DNA of 64,000 nucleotides from an archaeon. Its GTDB lineage: Archaea > Nanobdellota > Nanobdellia > Woesearchaeales > GW2011-AR9. The first letter of the stretch is position 1; every line of letters starts with the position of its first letter. This document shows positions 9,870 to 20,500 of this stretch, piece by piece. A program made the position numbers and the translations under genes. A model generated the notes under the pieces. It was not told where the DNA came from. It made no database searches and saw only the letters and a program-made list of their open reading frames with translations. The stretch spans positions 28,500-92,499 of the forward strand of contig JABHRS010000037.1 of assembly GCA_018670085.1 (NCBI GenBank). The letters are read 5' to 3'.

Positions 9870-10538
9870 ATGTTATACCAGGCATTAATTCCAATTCCAA
9901 CAGAAGATATGCAACAAGTAGAATTTGGATTTCTACACCCAGCATTAATTAATCCAATTGCATCTGTTTTAGGTTTGAACCAGAATGATCCAAACATTCC
10001 TGCCAGAGCATACCATATTACTGTACCAATGAATTGCAACATTCTCGCACCAATTGAAGGCACCATTATTGCAAAAAATTACTCAGAAACTATTCCTAAA
10101 AAAAATGCAGAAGCACATCAATGTAACTACATAGAAATTCAAAATGCAGATTTAATTCTTAGAATCAATCATATGTCAACTCACCTAACAACAGGAAGCA
10201 AAGTTAGGCAAGGCGAGACTATTGGTGAATTGTATGGATTTATTGGAAGACATCAAGATACTGATGCACATATCCATGTGCAGGTAAAAATGCCAATAAA
10301 TTCCAAACTTCAATTACTTGGCCTGCCAAATCATTGGAAAGATTATCGACGTGTTGTAGCAAATGATTCTATTGACGCTGTATTAGAAGCTAATCTTCCT
10401 TACCAAATTGCAAGAAACAGGATTTGGGCGCCACATGGCCCAAGGCAACAAATTAAAGATACAATTAGAGCTTGCATTAAAAATGAAAGGCAGCATCGTA
10501 AAGATGTAAAAGAAGTACGTTTCGATTTAGATTTCTAA
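9870..10538 (+). CDS. M23/LytM-like peptidase-fold protein (first metal motif degenerate)
   Basis: INHMSTHLTTGSKVRQGETIGELYGFIGRHQDTDAHIHVQV fits the M23 core pattern H.nG..t.Y.HL...V..G..IG..G.tG...HLHfE. The upstream HxxxD is not evident. Confidence 0.4.
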   Translation: MLYQALIPIPTEDMQQVEFGFLHPALINPIASVLGLNQNDPNIPARAYHITVPMNCNILAPIEGTIIAKNYSETIPKKNAEAHQCNYIEIQNADLILRINHMSTHLTTGSKVRQGETIGELYGFIGRHQDTDAHIHVQVKMPINSKLQLLGLPNHWKDYRRVVANDSIDAVLEANLPYQIARNRIWAPHGPRQQIKDTIRACIKNERQHRKDVKEVRFDLDF

Positions 10539-10604
10539 AAATCAGCTCAATAAATTATTCTTACACTAAACTTATAAAACAATAAGAAATTAAAAATAAC
10601 AATC

Positions 10605-11087
10605 ATGGCAAAAATCTTAGTCGCACTTGGAATGGGTGGACACACATCACAAATCCTAAGGTTAGTTGATAAAATCGATGACAAACATGAATTATGTTAT
10701 CTAATTTGTAGTGATGATCAAACTAGTAAAACTAAAATCAGAAAACCAGGCACAATTTACTATATGAAAAATCCAAGAGACATGAAAGATAAGTTTCTTG
10801 GCAAAGTTGTGTTAAAAATGATTCCAGCAACTTTGGATGCCAATAAAATATTAAGTCACGCAAAACCTGATGTTGTTCTTTGTAGTGGTCCTAGTATGGC
10901 AATTCCTCTTTTTTGGATGGCAAAACTTCGCGGTGTAAAAACAATTTTCCTAGAAAGTTGGGTACGTGTGCATCATAAAAGTCAAGCGGGTAGGTTTGTA
11001 TCACCTGTGACTAATTTGTTTATTGTTCAGTGGAAGAGTATGTTGCATCAATATAAGAAAGCCGAGTTTAGGGGAAGATTATCATGA
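10605..11087 (+). CDS. Alg14-like glycosyltransferase membrane-anchoring subunit
   Basis: GMGGHTSQIL (Alg14 GSGGHTxEM motif) and C-terminal FLESWVRVHH...FIVQW (Alg14 ESxAR...FxVQW). 4-bp overlap with the downstream Alg13-like gene. Confidence 0.65.
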   Translation: MAKILVALGMGGHTSQILRLVDKIDDKHELCYLICSDDQTSKTKIRKPGTIYYMKNPRDMKDKFLGKVVLKMIPATLDANKILSHAKPDVVLCSGPSMAIPLFWMAKLRGVKTIFLESWVRVHHKSQAGRFVSPVTNLFIVQWKSMLHQYKKAEFRGRLS

Positions 11088-11614
11088 ATCAAGAACCTAA
11101 AGCAGCAGATAGTGAAGGAATCTTCGAATCAGTTTTTGTAACTGTAGGTAATGGAAACTTCGACCCTCTAATCAAAGAGATCGACAAACTCAAAGCAGAA
11201 GGTAAACTTCCTGGCAAGGTTATAATTCAAATTGGTCATGGAAAATATGAACCAAAACACTGTGAATTCTTTAAGTTCGCCCCAACTTTACAGCCTTATT
11301 ACCTTAAGGCAACTTTAGTTATTAGTCATGGTGGCCCTGGAACTGTCTTTGAAATACTTAGAAAAAAACTTCCACTTATTGCTTTAGCAAATCGTGATCG
11401 AACTGACCCTATGCATCAAGTAGAATTTCTTGAAGCTATTAGTGCAGAGAGTAATGGATTAATTTATTGTCCTAGTATCCAAAAACTAGCAGAAAAAATC
11501 GAATCTGCAAAAGGACACGATTTTATTCCATATCAAAGACCAGACTGTACGATGCATGAGTTAGTGAATGACTTTTTAGATAAAATAGATGCGAAAGAGT
11601 TTCGGTATAAGTAG
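11084..11614 (+). CDS. Alg13-like glycosyltransferase catalytic subunit (GT28 C-terminal-domain-like)
   Basis: VFVTVGNGNFDPLI (Alg13 VFVTVGTTxFDxLI) and ISHGGPGTVFEIL (ISHAGAGSxLE). Confidence 0.65.
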   Translation: MNQEPKAADSEGIFESVFVTVGNGNFDPLIKEIDKLKAEGKLPGKVIIQIGHGKYEPKHCEFFKFAPTLQPYYLKATLVISHGGPGTVFEILRKKLPLIALANRDRTDPMHQVEFLEAISAESNGLIYCPSIQKLAEKIESAKGHDFIPYQRPDCTMHELVNDFLDKIDAKEFRYK

Positions 11615-11699
11615 TTTTCAACTAACTAACTTAAACTATAACATTCCATTCTACTGCAAAACACAAATCAATATAAAACAATCTTAGTGAATTAATCAT

Positions 11700-12122
11700 A
11701 TGAGTGATAACAATATGAGTGATGAAAATCTGTATATACCTATTCGCATGGAATTAAAACCATCTTCAGCTCAAGATACTTCAGATTTGAGACATAAATT
11801 ATCTCAGCCAGCTTTTAGAGAAAGTTTGAGAAAAGATTTAGGATATTTTGTCCGTGAAGAACTATTACTAGGAACTCTTGAAAATGTGTTTAGAGATGAT
11901 CAAGTCCCAAGTATGGAACGACTAAGGATTACTCAACTTGCACAAGATTCATATCAATCAGGTAAAAATGGTTCTGCGTTTGACAATTCAAATTTAGATA
12001 CACCATATAGTGGATTAATTGCTTTGTTCCATGATTTAGGAGAGGTATCTAAATTAGGTCCAGAACTAGAAGTTAAAAAAAGAGAAGAAGAATTTTATGC
12101 TAGAATGTTAAAAATGAGATAA
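11700..12122 (+). CDS. Hypothetical protein
   Basis: ORF with AT-rich upstream region. No recognisable motif. Confidence 0.4.
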   Translation: MSDNNMSDENLYIPIRMELKPSSAQDTSDLRHKLSQPAFRESLRKDLGYFVREELLLGTLENVFRDDQVPSMERLRITQLAQDSYQSGKNGSAFDNSNLDTPYSGLIALFHDLGEVSKLGPELEVKKREEEFYARMLKMR

Positions 12123-12179
12123 AAAATATCAAACATAGTATAGATCAATTTATTAAACTATTAATTTTCTATAAACATC

Positions 12180-13253
12180 ATGAAGAAATATCTTGGCACG
12201 ATTCTAATTGTAATCATTGCATTAACCACCTACACATATACAGATATATCCCTTGATGACTTCAGCAGTATAGCAAGTCTCACAGGTAAAGCAAGCGAAA
12301 CCCAAAACCAATTTATCCAAGAAACAATTGATACTGGCAGCGTTTCAATTACTTTCTGCCCAAACGGTCTTTGCGAAGAAACACTATTAGATTTCATCAA
12401 CAACGCAGAAGACAGTCTTCACTGTGCTTTTTATGATATTGGACTTGAGTCCGTGCAAGACGCTTTGCTTCAAAAATATGAAGAGATAGAAGTGCAAGTT
12501 GTAACAGATAATGATTACTTTCACAAGTTCCCATATAATGGATTTGTCAAACAAGACAGATCAGCTTACATGCACAACAAATTTTGTATCACAGGCAACA
12601 AAGTAATCACAGGTTCAATGAATCCAACTGATAATGGTGCCAATAAAAACGATAACAATTTACTAGTAATTGAATCACAAGAACTAGCAAATAATTTTGA
12701 AACAGAATTTCAAGAACTCTGGAGTGGAACTTTCAAAAAAGGGGACCCCAATGCATTGATTGTAAATCTTTCAACAACAGAACAGCAATTAGTCATTGAA
12801 AGTTATTTCTGCCCAGATGATGATTGTGCAACCGCAGTTGAAACCGAAATCCAAGCAGCAACTGAATCAGTTTATTTTATGACATTCAGTTTCACCCATG
12901 ATGGAATTGCAAATAATATTCTAGTTAAACACCAAGAAGCAATAGAGCAAGCTACAGAATTCGATGTTAGAGGAATTTTTGAATCAAGGCAGAATTCCAA
13001 ATATAGTAAATTCGATGTCTTTGATTATCAAGGGGTTGAAGTTTATACTGATGCCAACAAAAATACTATGCATCATAAAGTCTTCATAATCGATGCCGAA
13101 ACTGTGATCACAGGCAGCATGAATCCAAGTAATAACGGTGTTGATGGGAACGATGAAACTTTATTAATCATCCACTCTGATGAAGTTGCCAAAGCATTCA
13201 CAACTGAGTTTGAGAGAATTTTTAATGAAGCAAAAAGCAAAGCAGAATCTTAA
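12180..13253 (+). CDS. Secreted or membrane-anchored phospholipase-D-superfamily protein with two HKD motifs
   Basis: N-terminal hydrophobic anchor. HHKVFIIDAETVITGSMNPSNNG (HxKx4Dx6GSxN) and an upstream degenerate copy HNKFCITGNKVITGSMNPTDNG. Confidence 0.6.
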   Translation: MKKYLGTILIVIIALTTYTYTDISLDDFSSIASLTGKASETQNQFIQETIDTGSVSITFCPNGLCEETLLDFINNAEDSLHCAFYDIGLESVQDALLQKYEEIEVQVVTDNDYFHKFPYNGFVKQDRSAYMHNKFCITGNKVITGSMNPTDNGANKNDNNLLVIESQELANNFETEFQELWSGTFKKGDPNALIVNLSTTEQQLVIESYFCPDDDCATAVETEIQAATESVYFMTFSFTHDGIANNILVKHQEAIEQATEFDVRGIFESRQNSKYSKFDVFDYQGVEVYTDANKNTMHHKVFIIDAETVITGSMNPSNNGVDGNDETLLIIHSDEVAKAFTTEFERIFNEAKSKAES

Positions 13254-13262
13254 TTTCTAAGT

Positions 13263-13952
13263 TCAATATCGAATCAATAAATTTTCAATATCATCCATTG
13301 CAAAACTTGTAGCTTCATATCCAAATTCAACTAACCCATCATAGCCAGTTGCAGGATTTGAATCTGGTTGAGTTGAGATGGAAGATGAGAATAATAATTT
13401 ATCAGGATTCCCATTTGAGATAGTAGTACCAACAGAACTACCATCTGTTGCATAAAAAGTAGTATTTACATTCCAATAAGAATTTTGTCCAGTATTTTCA
13501 TAAGCCGAACAAATGAGTGTTACTTCTCCACTGTTAAATATTAATTTTGAAGAATTATATTGATCCCCAGAACTGTTAACAAATGCAGGTTGCAAATCAT
13601 CTGGTCTATCTTCAAAATAATCTAACATATCATCTGCCAAATCTTTAATTTGTTGATATTGTGAGTCACAATCAATGTAAGTTAAATTTCCTGGATTTTC
13701 TGGCAACATTTCTTCAAAGTTGTCGCATAATTCTTCATCAGGCATTGTTGCCAAAGCAGCACAGAGATAAAGGTCCTCCATCGGATCTGCTGCTCCAAAT
13801 AAATATCCATCATCTTTTATTCTGTGTGATCCAAGATTATCATCTTGTTGATCTAATGGATGTAATCCCTGTTCATTACATCCAAATGTTAAACTAGTAA
13901 CAACTGCGGTTAATGTTACAATGGATTGATTTCTTCTGTGATTATGCATCAA
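13263..13952 (-). CDS. Acidic secreted or lipoprotein-like hypothetical protein
   Basis: N-terminal hydrophobic segment ending LTFGC (lipobox-like). Asp/Glu-rich. Confidence 0.45.
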   Translation of the reverse strand: MMHNHRRNQSIVTLTAVVTSLTFGCNEQGLHPLDQQDDNLGSHRIKDDGYLFGAADPMEDLYLCAALATMPDEELCDNFEEMLPENPGNLTYIDCDSQYQQIKDLADDMLDYFEDRPDDLQPAFVNSSGDQYNSSKLIFNSGEVTLICSAYENTGQNSYWNVNTTFYATDGSSVGTTISNGNPDKLLFSSSISTQPDSNPATGYDGLVEFGYEATSFAMDDIENLLIRY

Positions 13953-14101
13953 TCTCTATAAGTGAGTCTACATTATAAAATCAATCTTAAAAAATTGAGT
14001 TCACTCAAAAAAAGTTAAAGATAGGATAAATTCTTATGAACAAAAATAAAAACAGAAGCTAGAAACAATAAATATATAACCAAAAAAACATTCTCTAAAT
14101 C

Positions 14102-14800
14102 ATGGCATTGTTTTCCAAACACACTCATTTAATCCATAATTTTCCTAAGAACTATCCTTGGTACAAAAAAACATTTGCAAACATTATCTATTTCATTAGT
14201 GGTTTAGTGATACATCATCGTAAAAATGAGTTAACACATTTAGACATTGTTCATGCAAGGCGCAAAATGCGTAAGGGTGATGTAGTTTTAGTTGCAAATT
14301 ACAGAGAACTATCAAGTCTTGCAATTAATGGAATCTCAACTCACGCAATGCTTTATTTAGGTAAAAGAAGATTCATTGGAGCTGAAGGTGATGGTGTTAG
14401 CATTTCAACTTGGCATCATTTGCATACAGAGTATGATATTTTGATAATTTTAGAAGTCCCGCAATACATTAACAATCGTAAAAAAATAATTAATAAAGCA
14501 TGTTTGTTTGCAGAAAAACAAATTGGCAAACCATATGACTTTTTTTTTGAAGGAGATTATGCCAAATACTTTTGCACTGAACTAGTAAATGTCGCATTTC
14601 ATCATGCTAAGTTTCACACTGGAGTTGCATCAGTTAAGCCAACCCATAATATTTTAGAAAAAATTGAGAAAAAGATGTTTAGCTCAACTTTCAAACCACT
14701 GCACCCGGACGAATTCCTTAAAGCAAATTTTCAAATCAAATTTTTATCCCATAATTTAGAATATAAGAAAGGTCATATCCATTATGTTAGTAAGAAATAA
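14102..14800 (+). CDS. Permuted papain-fold (YiiX/YaeF-like, C92) putative amidase
   Basis: GKPYDFFF...YFCTELV resembles the GxxYD...YxCSELV Cys motif of the YiiX family, followed by His residues. Confidence 0.4.
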   Translation: MALFSKHTHLIHNFPKNYPWYKKTFANIIYFISGLVIHHRKNELTHLDIVHARRKMRKGDVVLVANYRELSSLAINGISTHAMLYLGKRRFIGAEGDGVSISTWHHLHTEYDILIILEVPQYINNRKKIINKACLFAEKQIGKPYDFFFEGDYAKYFCTELVNVAFHHAKFHTGVASVKPTHNILEKIEKKMFSSTFKPLHPDEFLKANFQIKFLSHNLEYKKGHIHYVSKK

Positions 14801-14834
14801 AAGAAAGGAAAGAAAAAAAAAGTGAATTTTCTAG

Positions 14835-15464
14835 TCACTCCAACTGCACAGAATACAACTCTTCACGACAAGTACAACCATCACCAATTTGATAAATTGA
14901 AACTGTTGATGCCTTAAATTTTATGGGCAAAGAGATATTTTCCAATAACATTTCTTTTTCTTCAAAATCAAAACAACCAAGACTAATATGTGCATGATAG
15001 TTCTCAAACGCATAATCTTTCAAAAAATTATTCAAAAATCTAGAAGAGCTCTCACTGATACCAGTTTTCTCCCCTTCAACTAAAACACTTGCATCTTTAC
15101 AAGGCAGAAGGTAGGGTCTAACAATCTCTGCTACCTTAGTATGTAGCGCCAGAAGTTTATCATTAAGTTCAATTTGAAAATAAGCTTTTTTCTGCACATT
15201 TAATTTTTCATACAGACCAAATCCACTAAGTTCCAGATCTAATACAGAATAGTCCACAACTAATTGCTGCAATAATTTTTGAATCTTTGGGATTGACGTT
15301 TCTTCAACACAGCCAAGGATTAAAGTAATATGAGGCACATAGTCATTTTGACCAAATTCAAAGCGAGACTTAGCAACCTTTGCAGCAGCTTTGTTCACAG
15401 CAAAACATAAAACCTGAATTTCTTTTGGTGGTACAAGAACGATATCAATTGCTTTTATTGCCAT
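14835..15464 (-). CDS. 2H phosphoesterase (LigT/2'-5' RNA ligase-like) family protein
   Basis: Two H-x-T/S-x motifs (HITLIL and HAHISLG) spaced as in the LigT/2H family. Confidence 0.55.
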   Translation of the reverse strand: MAIKAIDIVLVPPKEIQVLCFAVNKAAAKVAKSRFEFGQNDYVPHITLILGCVEETSIPKIQKLLQQLVVDYSVLDLELSGFGLYEKLNVQKKAYFQIELNDKLLALHTKVAEIVRPYLLPCKDASVLVEGEKTGISESSSRFLNNFLKDYAFENYHAHISLGCFDFEEKEMLLENISLPIKFKASTVSIYQIGDGCTCREELYSVQLE

Positions 15465-15499
15465 ATTAGTTCAAAATCAAGTTCTAAATAAAAAGATTT

Positions 15500-16480
15500 C
15501 TACCCAACCCGATCCAATATCCCATGCGCATCACTAGTTGCCAAAAATTCTCTCAGTTCTGATAAATCCTTTCGAAGCAAAAACTGAGACCTAAGTCTAG
15601 ACTTTTCCCTATCAGAAACTCGAGCTAACCTATCAACTAAAATCAGAGGATATGGATAACCCAAAAAGATTGGATCAGTTGATAATTCAATTAACAATGC
15701 TGCATATTCCTTTGATCCACTAAAGCGAAAAATATGATTTGACTTTGGATGTAATTTTACAAAATGCAAATGACTATCGAATGAATGTATCCAAGCACTT
15801 TCTAAAAATGGAGACAATTTAGACAACGAAACAGTAGGACTTCCACCACTAGCAGTAAATAACTGTGAAGACTTTGCTAGAGCAACAACATTTTCTGGTA
15901 ACAAAGACACAATTTTTTCTTCACCAGGATACCTAGCATCTAAAGTTCCATCTAAAACCACAACAGATCCTTCTTTTGAAGAGATTTCTTTGGCTAAACC
16001 AAGTTCCAAAAACCGCCTAGTCATGCTAACAAGTTTTGTAATCGGAGCTCGCCCAATACCTGAACGGAATAATTGATCTTCAGAGTTTACTTTTAACAGT
16101 TCATTATCCACTAAAGAACTAGCCTTACCTTTAACATCAAAAAGTTTAGCAGAGTAGACAATTGACCCATTATTTCCAGAAGCACTCACAAGTACATACG
16201 CTTCAAAAGTTTCAATTGCAGTTTTCTTTAATCCTTTGAATCCAACGGCTGCAACACGCAGATATGCTAACACAAAATTGCTGGCAACTAATAACTCTGC
16301 TTGTCCGCCATCGATGAAAAATACTTCTTTCTCTAAATTCAAATTTTGTAAAGGAGAAAAATCATCAGAATTTATTGGCAGCTGTTTTCCTTGAAATAGT
16401 AATGAGTCGTTCTGATTCAAAGGTATTGTTGCAACCTGTTTTAATGCAGATACTATTGATTCAGCTACCATAAATTCCAT
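15500..16480 (-). CDS. NurA-like 5'-3' nuclease domain protein (tentative)
   Basis: FFIDGGQAE and VVVLDGTLDARY (NurA iDGS / lDGsL motifs) and C-terminal SDAHGILDR. No adjacent HerA ATPase. Confidence 0.4.
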   Translation of the reverse strand: MEFMVAESIVSALKQVATIPLNQNDSLLFQGKQLPINSDDFSPLQNLNLEKEVFFIDGGQAELLVASNFVLAYLRVAAVGFKGLKKTAIETFEAYVLVSASGNNGSIVYSAKLFDVKGKASSLVDNELLKVNSEDQLFRSGIGRAPITKLVSMTRRFLELGLAKEISSKEGSVVVLDGTLDARYPGEEKIVSLLPENVVALAKSSQLFTASGGSPTVSLSKLSPFLESAWIHSFDSHLHFVKLHPKSNHIFRFSGSKEYAALLIELSTDPIFLGYPYPLILVDRLARVSDREKSRLRSQFLLRKDLSELREFLATSDAHGILDRVG

Positions 16481-16664
16481 CAGTTATATCCAAAACAAAA
16501 CTCTTTAAATGTTTTTAGTTAATTCAGTTCCAACCAACACCACTTATCCAATACAGCTGATAATGATTTCACTTTGACAGTTGAAGACAAGTTTCCAGGA
16601 GTTTTAGAATTATTTAAAGTTTAATTTGCAACTGATAACAAAAAAAAGAAAATATTAATGTTCA

Positions 16665-17294
16665 TTATTTTAAAAGCGCATCAAGTGCCGCTTGGAAGAA
16701 ATCTTTCCCTAGGGCTGTATCTGTCGTCCTATCTGCCAAATCACTTCGTATAAGAGTTGGACGAAAAAACGCTTTAGCAAAATCTGGATTTCCCCTAAGT
16801 GCAGAATAATCCCTATTAGTCAACACAGACGGTAAGCTGGCGGTTCCAAAAACATGACCACGCGGTAAAGATTCAAGGTGAAGACCATAATGTAATCCAG
16901 TGATCCTATCAGCACCCCATTCACCATCTCTGAAAACCATAACCATATCTCCAGATTTTACATATCTTTTATCTTCTGGTCCATCTGTCAGACGAAGACC
17001 AGGGACAGTTGCAACAGATCGATCACCATTCATAATCGGATGAAATACTCGATCATAACCTTCTGGCCGTGATAATTCCTCAACACTATGAAATCTGTTC
17101 AACACATTAAGTGTTCTACCAAAACGCAAAAAATTATCTGCTCCAAGATCATATTTACCTTCCAATTCTAGTGGATTTCCAGCTTCAATGCCAAAATACC
17201 GTTTAACATAGCTTCCAAACCGTTCTTCAATTGATTTTCCCATACACTCAAAATACTCACAGCAGTTATAAATATTACTACTAAAAAAAGACAA
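16665..17294 (-). CDS. Hypothetical protein, compositionally atypical (about 43% GC)
   Basis: Clear ORF with GC well above the surrounding 30-35%. No confident motif. Confidence 0.5.
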   Translation of the reverse strand: MSFFSSNIYNCCEYFECMGKSIEERFGSYVKRYFGIEAGNPLELEGKYDLGADNFLRFGRTLNVLNRFHSVEELSRPEGYDRVFHPIMNGDRSVATVPGLRLTDGPEDKRYVKSGDMVMVFRDGEWGADRITGLHYGLHLESLPRGHVFGTASLPSVLTNRDYSALRGNPDFAKAFFRPTLIRSDLADRTTDTALGKDFFQAALDALLK

Positions 17295-17332
17295 ATCATT
17301 ATGTGTCCTATAATATTAAAAATTAAAAAAAC

Positions 17333-17569
17333 TTAATCTTCAGGCAGGCCATCAAACTCCTGCTTCCTTTCTTCAAACCACGCTTTCATTGCAACTGGGT
17401 CTTTCATTAAATCCATCATTTTCTGCATAGCTTCCATATGAGCAGCGTCTTTAACAGCAAACATTTCCATTCCATGTTTTTTACTCAATTCTGCCATTTC
17501 TTCAAAAGTTTCGGCTTTAAAATCTAAGTCGCAAGCACCGCCAAGTTGTTTACAGTTCATTGTTTTCAT
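17333..17569 (-). CDS. Small DUF1059-like metal-binding protein
   Basis: 78 aa, MK..C...GACD...ETFEE....H....HMEAM pattern as in DUF1059. Also GC-elevated. Confidence 0.4.
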   Translation of the reverse strand: MKTMNCKQLGGACDLDFKAETFEEMAELSKKHGMEMFAVKDAAHMEAMQKMMDLMKDPVAMKAWFEERKQEFDGLPED

Positions 17570-17590
17570 TTTATATCTCCTAATTTTTAA

Positions 17591-20500
17591 TCAAACTTTA
17601 TCAAAAGCCATCACAAAACTTTGCTTCTTAACATTAAATTCCAAAACATGTTTATGTGACCTCGCAGCTTTAGTTTGAGCCAGTAAAAGTTTATCAGCTC
17701 CAACTTTTCTTGCGATCATTGATTCAAATTCTTTCAGATCATTCTCCAGAACATCTGGAACCTGTACATGCAGAACAATTGAATCAGTTTTTTCTAAACC
17801 TGCTTCCTTTCTTTGGTTCTGAACAGCACGCATAATTTCTCTTGCATACCCCTCAGCTTCCAAAGCAGGACTTCGTTCTAAGTTCAGATATACAAATCCT
17901 CCTTTAAACCCTGATTCTGAAAATCCTTTTGGCACTTCTCGGTTAATAGTGAAATCATCTAAAACCAATTTAGCTTCACTACCATCAATTAGTTTGAAAG
18001 AATAATTTCCTTCACTATTAATTGTAGAGATAATATCAGCCATCTTTTGCGATTTAATATGCTTAATTACTTGAACTGAATTTTTACCATATTTTGGTCC
18101 AAGTGATCTCATATTAATCTCAGCTTCAATCGAAACACCTGGTAATTCAGAAAGCAAAGTCACATCTTTTACATTCAATTGCGCTTTTAATAGATCACGA
18201 ACAGCTTCAACTGATTTGAAAACAACATCATCACTGCTTACCACAACCAATTCTTTCATTGGCCAACGTAGACCCATCCTAACTTTCTCACGAGCATTTA
18301 ATCCAGCTTGTAACACTCCAGCTAAAATTGCCATCTGTGATTCCAACTCTGAATTATGCAAATTATTATCAACTTGTGGCCATGCAAAATGACTAATACT
18401 TTCTTCATTAAAAGTAAATTCTTCTTTTAAATTTAAAAATATAATCTCAGTTGAAAATGGACAAAGTACTTGTAACATTTTTAATCCGCCAAATAATACT
18501 TCAGCAATCGTAGCAAGTACTACGGCCTTTTCTTCTTTGCTTCCTGTTGCCAACTGATCTCTTGACATTTGAATATACTCACGAGATAAGTCAAAGAATA
18601 ATGATTCAATAACAGTTCCGATTTTATCAAGTTGATATTTATTCATCATTTCAGTCACAGTAGCAATTGTACTTTGAAGTCGGCTCAAAATATATTTCTC
18701 TTCTAAACCAGTTTCCATCTGCTCAAGTTTGTTGTTCATCTCAAACGGATTGACTCCAGCTTCTTTTGAATTGGAAATCAACAGTTTGTGCACATTCCAA
18801 ATAATCTTCAAAAACCGCTCCTTAACAATCAACTCTTCCCAAGAGAAGTTAGCATCTTCACCAGCATTATTTCCAATCATATACAAACGCAAAACATCTG
18901 CTCCATGTTTATCAATAACTTCGTAAGGACTGATAATATTACCAATACTTTTTGACATCTTAACTCCGTCAACATCGGTTACAAATCCATGCATATACAC
19001 ATTTTCAAATGATGGGACTCCCATGTCAATATGTGAGCAAGTCCAAAGCAGATTAAACCATGCTCGAATTTGATCTTTTCCTTCAACAATAAAGTTAGGT
19101 GGATAAAATCTATCCATATTTTCTTCATTATCGAGCATAATCCATGATTGACAACCAGGATCGATCCAAACATCAAGTACATCAGGCAATCGGTAATACT
19201 TTTTCCCATCTTTTTCTAAAACCACATCATCAATCCATGGTTTATGTAAGTTTTCAGGTACTGGTGTTTCTTTACTTGCTAGTTCCTTCAATTCTTCAAT
19301 TGACCCAATTACAATGATATCATCTTTGTCACCATCTGCTTGCCAGATAGGAACTGGTGTTCCCCAAAATCTTTGTTTAGTGATAGAGTTATCTCTAAGA
19401 CCACTTAACCAACTTCGAAATCCGTTTTTACCAGCTTCAGGATTCCAATATACTTTTTCATTGTTAGCCAGCATTTTTTCTTTCAAATCATTAACTTTCA
19501 AAAACCATTGTTCGGTTGTTCGAAAAATTACTGCAGCTTTGCTTCGTTCACCATGAGGGTATGAATGTCTAATTTTTTTCTTTGCAATTAAAGATCCATT
19601 TTCTTCCATCAACTCAATAAATTTAGCATCATCTTTTTTTGCAACCAATCCCGCAAATAATTTTGATTCATCTGGATATACCCCATATTCATTAATTGGA
19701 TTAAATGGTTGCACTCCATTTCTAAGGCATAGTTCATAATCAGTATCACCGCAACCTGGCGCCATATGTACAAGTCCAGTTCCTTCATCTAAATGAACGG
19801 CGTCTGGTGACATTAAAACTGAATAAATTTTGGAATTTGTTTTTCGTACTTCTTCAACTTCTGCAAATTCTCCTTCAAACGGAGCAGTATATTCTAGCCC
19901 TTCAAATGTGGACCCTTTTACTGTTTCTATAATCTCAAATTCTTTACCAGCAACTTCTTTGATTACTTTCTCTGCCAATTTTTCAGCAACAATCCAAACT
20001 TCTTCTCCGACTTTACATTTCACATAGTCATAGTCAGGATGTAAAACCACCATTAAGTTCAGTGGAATTGTCCAAGGAGTAGTTGTCCAAATCAGTAAAT
20101 GTTCATTTTCAGTTCCTTTAATTTTGAATTTTAAATAAATGGAATCATCAGTAATATCTTTGTATTCTAATTCATGTTTAGCAAGCGCACTTCCATCTTT
20201 TGGATCCCAATGCAAAGCCCTTTTCCCAAGATATAATCTTTCATTGTTATGTGCTTTTTTTATAAAACTCCAAACTTTTTCAATTCGTTTAGGTTTAATT
20301 GGTTGATCAGGATCAGAATAGTCAAGAGTTGTTCCAATTCTTTCAAAGTCTACGATCATTGCGTCCATCATTTCAATACAGAAATTATAACATTCGTTGG
20401 AAAATTTATCATAACCAAATTTTTTAATATCTTCTTTAGTTTTCAGATTAAACTTCGCCATTACTTTGTGTTCAGTTGGCAAACCGTGCATATCAAATCC

